From the human T2T-CHM13v2.0 reference genome, Homo sapiens, in NCBI RefSeq assembly GCF_009914755.1, contig NC_060947.1: 64,000 nucleotides of DNA; one strand, 5' to 3'. A model generated the notes under the pieces. The model did no database searches. It was not told the DNA's origin and was given only the letters and a program-made list of their open reading frames with translations. Of this stretch, positions 53,596 to 64,000 are shown one piece after another. The position numbers were made by a program, and so were the translations under genes. How positions within the stretch are numbered: position 1 is the first letter of the stretch; every line of letters begins with the position of its first letter.

Positions 53596-55600
53596 GGGCA
53601 ATCAGGCAGGAGAAAGAAAAAAAGGGTATTCAATTAGGAAAAGAGGAAGTCAAATTGTCCCCGTTTGCAGATGACATGATTTTATATTTGGAAAACCCCA
53701 TCGTCTTAGCCCAAAATCTCCTTAAGCTGATAAGCAACTTCAGCAAAGTCTCAGGATACAAAATCAATGTGCAAAAATCACAAGCATTCCTATACACCAA
53801 TAACAGACAAACAGAGAGCCAAATCATGAGTGAACTCCCATTCACAATTGCTTCAAAGAGAATAAAATGCCTAGGAATCCAGCTTACAAGGGATGTGAAG
53901 GACCTCTTCAAGGAGAACTACAAACCACTGCTCAACAAAATAAAAGAGGACACAAACAAATGGAAGAACATTCCACGCTCATGGATAGGAAGAATCAATA
54001 TTGTGAAAATGGCCATACTGCCCAAGGTAATTTATAGATTCAATGCCATCCCCATCAAGCTACCAATGACTTTCTTCACAGAATTGGAAAAAACCACTTT
54101 AAAGTTCATATGGAAACAAAAAAGAGCCTGCATTGCCAAGGCAATCCTAAGCCAAAAGAACAAAGCTGGAGGCATCACGCTACCTGACTTCAAACTATAT
54201 TACAAGGCTACAGTGACCAAAACAGCATGGTACTGGTACCAAAACAGAGTTATAGACCAATGGAACAGGACAGAGCCCTCAGAAATAATACCACACATCT
54301 ACAACCATCCGGTCTTTGACAAACCTGACAAAAACGAGAAATGGGGAAAGGATTCCCTATTTAATAAATGGTGCTGGGAAAACGGGCTAGCCATATGTAG
54401 AAACCTGAAACTGGATCCCTTCCTTACACCTTATACAAAATTAATTCAAGATGGATTAAAGGCTTAAATGTTAGACCTAAAACCATAAAAACCCTAGAAG
54501 AAAACCTAGGCAATACCATTCAGGACATAGGCAAGGACTTCATGTCTAAAACACCAAAAGCAATGGCAACAAAAGCCAAAATTGACAAATGGGATCTAAT
54601 TAAACTAAAGAGCTTCTGCACAGCAAAAGAAACTACCATCAGAGTGAACAGGCAACCTACAGAATGGGAGAAAATTTTTCCAATCTACCCATCTGACAAA
54701 GGGCCAACATCCAGAATCTACAAAGAACTTAAACAAATTTACAAGAAAAAATCAAACAATCCCATCAAAAAGTGGGCAAAGGATATGAACAGACACTTCT
54801 CAAAAGAAGACATTTATGCAGCCAACAGACACATGACAAAATGTGTATCATCACTGGCCATCAGAGAAATGCAAATTAAAACCACAACGAGATACCATCT
54901 CACACCAGTTAGAATGGCGGTCATTAAAAAGTCAGGAAACCACAGGTACTGGAGAGGATGTGGAGAAATAGGAACACTTTTACACTGTTGGTAGGACTGT
55001 AAAGTAGTTCAACCATTGTGGAAGACAGTGTGGCAATTCCTCAAGGATCTAGAACTAGAAATACCATTAGACCCAGCCATCCCATTACTGGGTATATACC
55101 CACAGGAGTATAAATCATGCTGCTATAAAGACACATGCACATGTATATTTATTGCAGCACTATTCACAATAGCAAAGACTTGGAACCAACCCAAATGTCC
55201 ATCAATGATAGACTAGATTAAGAAAATGTCGCACATATACACCATGGAATACTATGCAGCCATGAAAAAGGATGCGTTCATGTCCTTTGTAGGGACATGG
55301 ATGAAGCTGGAAACCATCATTCTGAGCCAACTATCACAAGGACAGAAAACCAAACACCGCATGTTCTCACTCATAGGTGGGAATTGAACAATGAGAACAC
55401 TTGGACAGAGGTTGGGGAACATCATACACCAGGGCCTGTCATGGGGTGGGGAGAGTGGGGAGCGATAGCATTAGGAGATATACCTAATGTAAATGAAGAG
55501 TTAATGGGTGCAGCACACCAACATGGCACATGTATACGTATGTAACAAACCTGCGTGTTGTGCACATGTACCCTAGAACTTAAAGTATAATTTAAAAAAA
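53596..55600 (+). mobile_element. 5'-truncated L1PA (about PA4-5), 2 kb, disrupted ORF2
   Basis: Contains the RT motif (FADDM) through the 3' UTR and poly-A, with frameshifts and stops. TSD aaagccctgagt at 53583-53594 and 55601-55612. Confidence 0.95.
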
Positions 55601-56666
55601 AAAGCCCTGAGTCATAACAGTCTGTGTTAGATTGTATTCTTGTTCAAATATTTGATGACCCTCCCGGTGGGACCATTGTAGGATACCACATCACTCAGAT
55701 CAGGCTTTTCCATGTGATTTGCAATGTCCCTCTCTTTAGGAAGATTATACATCACGATGTGTGACTTGCTTTGGTGAACATCATATGAGGGGAGATGATG
55801 AACATCACTTCTGTGTGGAAGCTTCAAGAGCCAGCAGGGGTTTTATTTTTGGTCTCTTTTCTCTCAACCAGTGATACCTGCAATATATCAGACAGAAGCT
55901 GATCCATTAGCTCAGGTTCGTCAGGTCCAGAGGGAAGATGACATGGACGGGAACCACAGCTGACCCATAATGGACATTAAGGTGAGAAATAAATCTTTGT
56001 TTTTATAAGCCACTGAGGTTTGTGGAGGTCATTTTTTACCACAGCGTAACTTAGCCTAAGCTGACAGATAAATAAGTTTTAAGAGAGATAGAATTCCATT
56101 TACCTGCATTTATATTATGAATCCCAGTAAGCTTAGACTAGATAATCTATAAGACATCTACTTCTTCTAACTTAGAAAAGGAATTTATTCAGGGAGATAT
56201 TAAGTAGCTCTTAGAGGCAAGGCTGAAGTTTGGAGTGTGGGCAGGCACCAAAGGGAATCCACGAGGCTGGAGCTGCAGCCATGGCCGGAACGTGAATGAC
56301 CTGATTAAGATGCTGTCACTGTTAGGTACTGGAAACTGCCACTGGCATTCTGGACACTAGCACCAATGGTGGTCACTAGATACTAGAGGGTACCACTACC
56401 TGTGCCAGAATGAACCCTGAACTAATGCAGCATCTCTTTGTTGCTTGCCCAAGACTCAGCTCTTCAAAGAGAGTATCTGATTGGCTAGTCTTGGGTCTCG
56501 TTTCTGTATTTTTGTTGTCAGGGTACTGGAAGAGCAAGTGTCTCTCCATTGGGACTTTTATAATGAAAAGACTCACAAGATAGTTGGTTTCTTAAGTGTC
56601 GGAAGGACTTTCAGATGCTAACCAAACCGCATCCCCTACAAAAGACAAATATCCCCCACAAACTTA

Positions 56667-57023
<357 letters not shown>

Positions 57024-57057
57024 TTACAGCTCTCTTCTGCATTTCCATTATGGGTGT

Positions 57058-57397
57058 TGATATGGTTTGGCTGTGTCCCCACGTAAATCTCATCTTGAAT
57101 TGTAGCTCCCATAATCCCCACATGTCGTGGGGGGTAATTGAATCGTGGGGGTGGGTTTTTCCCATGACAGTGAGTAAGTCGTAGGAGGTCTGATGGTTGT
57201 ATAAAGGGCAGTTCCCCCGCACACTCTCTCTTGCCTGCCCCCACATAAGACATGCCTTCGCTCCTCCTTTGCTTTCTGCGATGATTGTGAGGCCTCCCCA
57301 GCCAAGTGGAACTGTGAGTTCATTAAATCTCTTTTTCTTTATAAATTACCAAGTCTCAGGTATGTCTTTATTAGCAGCGTAAGAACAGACTAATACA
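57058..57397 (+). mobile_element. THE1 (MaLR) solo LTR
   Basis: tgatatggtttggctgtgtcccc...tatgtctttattagcagcgtaagaacagactaataca. Confidence 0.9.
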
Positions 57398-57814
57398 GAG
57401 GTATGACATAAGCAGTGTAGTATAAATGATTGCATTCTAATTGAAAGTATATGTGATGGATGGACATATTCTAGTCCAGTGCTGTCTGATTTTCTGTGCT
57501 GATGCACATGCTCTATATCTACTCCATCAGTTGGGTAGCCACTAGCCACATGTGCCTAAATAGAGCAGTGCAAATGAGGCTAATATGACTTAGGAATTGA
57601 ATTCCGAATGCTATCTCATTTTAATTGGTTTACATTGAAATTTAGATAGCCACACGTGCGTCTTGGCTACCATATTGAACAGCACAATTCTAGTCCATTC
57701 AGGTACCACACCTAATTTTCTCCATGAAGGTCTTCTCTCTTTTTGTGTTAGATTTATTCCTAAGTATTTTATAATTTTGTTATTGAAGTTAATATAGTTT
57801 TAAATCGATGTTTT

Positions 57815-58864
<1,050 letters not shown>

Positions 58865-61800
58865 GTGGGCAAAAGTTAACAAAAACAAAAAAAACAAAAA
58901 AAAACAAAAAAACAATCGATGTTTCCTGTGTTTTGTTGGTTATATAAAGGGAACTTATTTTTGTTAACCACTTTTTATCTAGCCACCTTGTTAAACCCTT
59001 TCAATGATAGATTTTCTATAGTGTGATTTAGATTTTCTAATCATATTGTCTGTGTTTAATAAGTTTTGTTTCTCCCTTTGCAGTCCTCACACGTTTTTGC
59101 TTTTATTGCTGTGTGCTAGGACCTCCCATGCAATGTTGAAGAGAGTGGTTGGAGCAGACATTCTTATCTTTTTTTTTTTTTCTATTTTGAAGGGCATACG
59201 TAATGGATTTTAACCATTAAGAATGATGTTTGGTATAGGTTTTTAGTAGATATTCCTTATGAGGTTAGGGAAGTCCCTTCTATTCCTGGTTTGCTAAGAG
59301 ATTACTTATCACAAATGGGTGTTGAATTTAATTGAATGAATTTTTTCTTCACCTATTGAGTTGACTGCATGTTGTTTTCCCTTTGAACTGTTCATGTTAA
59401 ACTACCCTTGCATTCCTGAGGTACATCCAAATTAGTCATTACAAATGAAATTCTATTATTTTCTCTTATTAGTCACTTTTTCCTCCCTCTTTGCATATCT
59501 AACACTTTATTGCATGCGGGACATAGTATATAAATGAAACAGAAATGGTCCACATAATGTCTTCCACCAGTGAGGGTTCACCCTTTCCACTTTTAGGTAG
59601 ATAGAGTGAGGGATTTATCAAATTTAATCAGGGATTTCGTTTAGCCAGAGCCTAGATGTAGCTGTGACTAGGATCCAGCACCAGCTTGGATTATTTATAC
59701 TCCTGTGGATGGAGTGAGGGTAGGGGAGGTGAGAGGATAAGAAGCTGGTTATGTGAGAGTGATGGCGGTCTCAGCTCTTAAACCAAAAAGTAAAGAAAGC
59801 TGCAAATGAGCACTGGGTATTTAGATAGAAGATCACAGCGCGGCTGGAAGAGGAACACTTCAGCATCACTATCCTGAGTCTTAGGAGCAGCACATATGGT
59901 TTTGGACATGTCTGTGTGGGCTTATGTCTGAAGGAAATAGTTGGCAAGATAACTGGACTTTTGCCTTGCACTAACCATTATAGCCTAAGGCAAAGATTAA
60001 ATTGCAAGGCCTTATGAAGTACTTTTAAAGTTTTTTTAAAATTGCTTCGTTGAAAAACTTCCACTTACTTCCCAAAATAATAATATAACATGGAATTCAA
60101 AATTTAAATAAAAATTACCTAGAATCCTACTGCCATAATAATTCAACTGCTTTGATTTTCCTTGCTGTCTTCCATTCTTTTGTATATAAGCACTCATATA
60201 TACACACTCATACAAACACACACATATACTTTTTACATAATTGTAACCATGATGTGTATGCGATTTTCCTTCCATTGCCTTTAAAGGTTAAGTTCAGTTT
60301 TTGACTCATGTTCATCAGCAAATCAGCAAAGGGATTGAATTCCTCACTTCATTCCTGAATTTTAATGCTTGTTCCATTTTGCCATTTTTTTTAATTAACT
60401 GAGTTAAGCTATATTTAGAGTGTGGTTGAGAAAGTGCAGCACTGTTCAACATACACATATTATTCTTAAGACAATACATTAGATCTTGCATCGCTAGAGA
60501 AAGCATTACAATTTTAAGTTCTTCCACCAGTTATGAAAATTTAATAATAGTTCGCCTGTTTTCTTTATTTAGAAAGATTTATTGAAAGCTGCTATGTGCT
60601 AAGTTATTTGTGACCTTGTTTGCTAAGCTTGTACTACTCTTTCCACAGCCCTTCCCATTGCTGCCTGCTCATTCTTAGGGCTCGACATGAGTCACCTCCT
60701 CATTCCTGCCTTCTCTGGTATCATCACCCTATATTCCCACCTACTGCACCTTGATTATTTTCTGCAGTCCATTTGTAACTACACATTTGTTTAGTTACTT
60801 ATTGAATGTCTCCTCCAATCTTCTCTAAGCTCTCCTAGAAAAGGAACTGAATCTATTTTGTTCACCAAGAAAAAGTCACATAACATTTTTTTAAAAACTG
60901 GTGGATGGGAGCCAAAATGTGGAGGAGGGTGTTTGTCCTCAGAGAAGGGGATGGTGGCTGGGGACGCCCCCTGAATTCCTCCTGTGTCTTATTTACTCTG
61001 TATTCTCAGCACCTAGCACAGTGTACACACTCACTATATATTTGTTGAATAAATAAGTATTAACATGAACTGACTTTTCATTTCCTGCAAATCTTAAAAT
61101 CACCCAAGGGAAGAGACAGTAAACATGTGTCTATGCTGCAGGCATTGGAGGGATTTGGGTGAGCGTGGTGGTTACCCACAAACTTGAGAGGCGTGAGTTG
61201 TGTTGGCTCCTGCCTGCCATGCCCACCTCCCTTCTGACAGTGTGTAGGTTGACAGAAGGAAGCATGGCAATGGCTTTTGACGCCCAGGTTGCCATTTGAC
61301 AGTGTCCACTGGATAGAATTCATGGGACTCATGAAAGAATATATGTTTTATTTGATTGAGGGCCAGAATTTTCATTTGCTTACATCAATCTGAGTCTGGA
61401 AATTCTGAAATTTGCTCACTGGTGATATATGGATTAAGGATGATGCTCCTATTCATTTTTGCTTGAGAACTCCTTTTTAAGCAGAGCAGTGAAGAAATCC
61501 AATTTCTGGCATTTCCTTATACATTGAAATTTTATCTGACTTAAGAATCACTATCAAAAGTTCTATATTAGTGCAAGAAACATGCTGAACTTAGTATCTA
61601 GGCAAACTGGGTAAGTGTGACATTGGTATAAAATATTGAAGATGTATATATTATATAAATATGTAAGTATATAAATAAATGCATTATTAAATACGTCAAT
61701 ATATGTTGAAAAGCTATATATTATAAAAAACGCTTCCTCAACCAAATTGGGATTTTTCTTCCATATACTATTTGGTAATGTTCTTTTTCACTTAACATAT

Positions 61801-62116
61801 GTTGTTATGAATTTTCACTCCGGCTTGACTTTAAAGCCAAATATAACAAATTTTGAGTTACTTTTATGTATATTTTATGCTTTTTCCCCCTCTTAGTACA
61901 GCTATAGAAGAACATCTATGCAGTATTACGACCAAATCTGTTATTTGGCCAAACAACTTAGGAAAAATATCAAATTTGTGACTATTTACATATGTAATAT
62001 AATGGTGAAATGGTCTACAACTGAGTTCTGTGTTTTTCCTTGTATGTGAAAATAAAAGCAGTTCAATTATCATCAGTATTTACTGTACCCGAGTCTAGGG
62101 CCCACTTACTTGTAGC

Positions 62117-62414
62117 TTTTTTTTTTTCTTGAGACAGAGTCTTACTCTGTTGCCCAGGCTGGAGTGCAGTGGCACGCAATCTTGACTCACTGCAACCTCC
62201 ACCTCCCGGGTTCAAGTGATTCTCCTGCCTCAGTCTCCTGAGTTGCTGGGATTACAGGCGCACGCCACCACACCCAGCTAATTTTTTTGTATTTTTAGTA
62301 GAGACGGGGTTTCACCATGTTGGCCAGGCTAGTCTCAAACTCCTGACCTCATTATCCACCGGCCTCGGCCTCCCAAAGTGCTGGGATTACAGGCGTGAGC
62401 CACCACGCCCAGCC
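62117..62414 (-). mobile_element. AluS
   Basis: acttgtagctttt on both flanks. Confidence 0.93.
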
Positions 62415-63654
62415 ACTTGTAGCTTTTCATCAGAGATGCCAGAAGTGATTTCTTTCAGTCTCCAGCTTGAGATGGGGTATTAACTCCTAGTACTTATAGT
62501 AATAAGTAGGTGTTATTTAAGTAAAAGAATCATTTATGCATAGCAACTTTGGCCTCTTTCTCTCCCGTGAGTGATGCATTGGTGTTTACAGAATATAAAG
62601 ATGAAAATCTTCGTTAGATGAAGGGAGTCAAACTAGGTTAGTTCTTTAATGTTTTCATCAAGGAACAAGTTTATGGAGCAAGAGAGATAGCAACTGTCTA
62701 TCCAACTTGCATCAGCTTACCAACCACACACATCCAATAACAAAAATCCCCCAAACTTGCCCTTCAGAGAAAAATCTTTTAACCCACTTTACTCTTGCAC
62801 TGACATAGAAATGTGGTTAAGAAGTGAATGGTGGAAGAGACCAGAATATACTAACTTTCTTAAATGTCAGTTGGCTAGTATCCAACTGATAGTAATTTTA
62901 GAGAAAGTAACTTTCTAAGCTTATTCTTTCTTAAGGTACTATAAGCTACACTCAAATATGTTTGAATGCCTTCTTACATTTTGGAACAGCCTGAGAGTCA
63001 CTTATGGAACCTTCTTAGAACATTTTTATGAAAGCTGTTGGGTTTGTCAAGGTTTATTTTAACTCAAAATACAATAATTTTATGAGATCACTTGTTAATA
63101 GCTAGTTGGCATTAGCAGTTGCACAGATAAACTCCTATTTGATCACTCCTTGACTATGGTTAGGATATACGATTTTCAGGTGGCATTTCTTTAATTACCC
63201 TGTGGATTGCTTGTTGCAATTTGACCCAATGTACATGACTTTTTTTTCTATTGGAAAATTAACTCTAGTGTTCATATATAATGTTTTACTGTGTACTTTT
63301 AATATGTGTTTTAAAACAAGATAGTGTATATTTCTTCTTCCCCCCAATTTAACAGATTTGTATTTTATAAACGTTTATACATATTTCCTTGGGGAAATGA
63401 CCTGCAGATAAGAAATAGATTTCTGTTTATGAGAAAACAATTATTTAAGCTTATGTGTCGTTTTCAGAAGCATTCTAAAATTGCCTTTTTAATTTGTGAG
63501 GAACTTTCTCAAACATGACCTTTCTAGTGCTGAATGAAAAGTCATTACCTGAAAATGACTCCCCAAAAAGCTGGAGATTATTTAACTTGTTGTGAGCCCC
63601 AGCATCATAAAAGTGAGATCTTTGTCTTGGAAAATAAACAGACTAAATCTTTTT

Positions 63655-63922
63655 TAAAAAGCTTTTATTTTAGGTTTAGGGGTACATGTGTAGGTTTGTC
63701 ATGTAGGTAAACTGCCTGTTGCAAGGGCTTGGTGTACGGATTATTTAGTTACCCAGGTAATAAGCATAGTACTTGATACCTAGTTTTTTTCTGCTCCTTT
63801 TCCTCCTCACACCCTCAACCCTCAAGTGGGCCCTGGTGTCTCTTGTTCCTCTCTATGTGACCATGAGTTCTCATCATTTAGCTTCTACTTATGAGTGAGA
63901 ACACGCAGTATTTGGTTTTCTG
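63655..63922 (-). mobile_element. Older L1PA 3' UTR fragment
   Basis: ttttattttaggtttaggggtacatgtgtaggtttgt...gagtgagaacacgcagtatttggttttctg, flanked by ataaacagactaaatc / ataaacaaactaaatc. Confidence 0.85.
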
Positions 63923-64000
63923 ATAAACAAACTAAATCACCGTACAAAACGTATTGAGATGTCCCTATGAGTCCCTCCCGCCTGTAGGGTTCTGTATCAT

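Noticed and set aside
53553-54994. 304-aa and 150-aa RT-like ORFs as an active element
   Set aside because: The L1 is 5'-truncated, lacks promoter, ORF1 and endonuclease, and has frameshifts and stops.

Overview
Primate (most likely human) genomic DNA matching the Xp22 EGFL6-TCEANC interval. It holds the last two coding exons and 3' UTR of EGFL6 (+, MAM-domain C-terminus), about 19 kb of repeat-rich intergenic DNA, and the CpG-island promoter and uninterrupted 351-aa CDS of the TFIIS-like gene TCEANC (+). The final ~23 kb is dense in Alu, L1 and LTR elements. Almost all short ORFs in the track are repeat-derived artefacts. The most notable structure is a ~1.6 kb inverted duplication in the TCEANC intron. 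Its 1.3 kb spacer appears to have been flipped, because it carries the missing tail of a split L1MB in the opposite orientation. The spacer also holds an antisense Alu exon that adds 30 in-frame residues to TCEANC. Other points of interest are a probable gene-conversion tract between two inverted young L1s, an L1 3' transduction, a twin-primed L1 inside an Alu tail, a 56-nt mini-Alu and a lengthened TFIIS acidic hairpin. Repeat subfamily names come from recalled consensus sequences, not a RepeatMasker run, and boundaries of old repeats are approximate.
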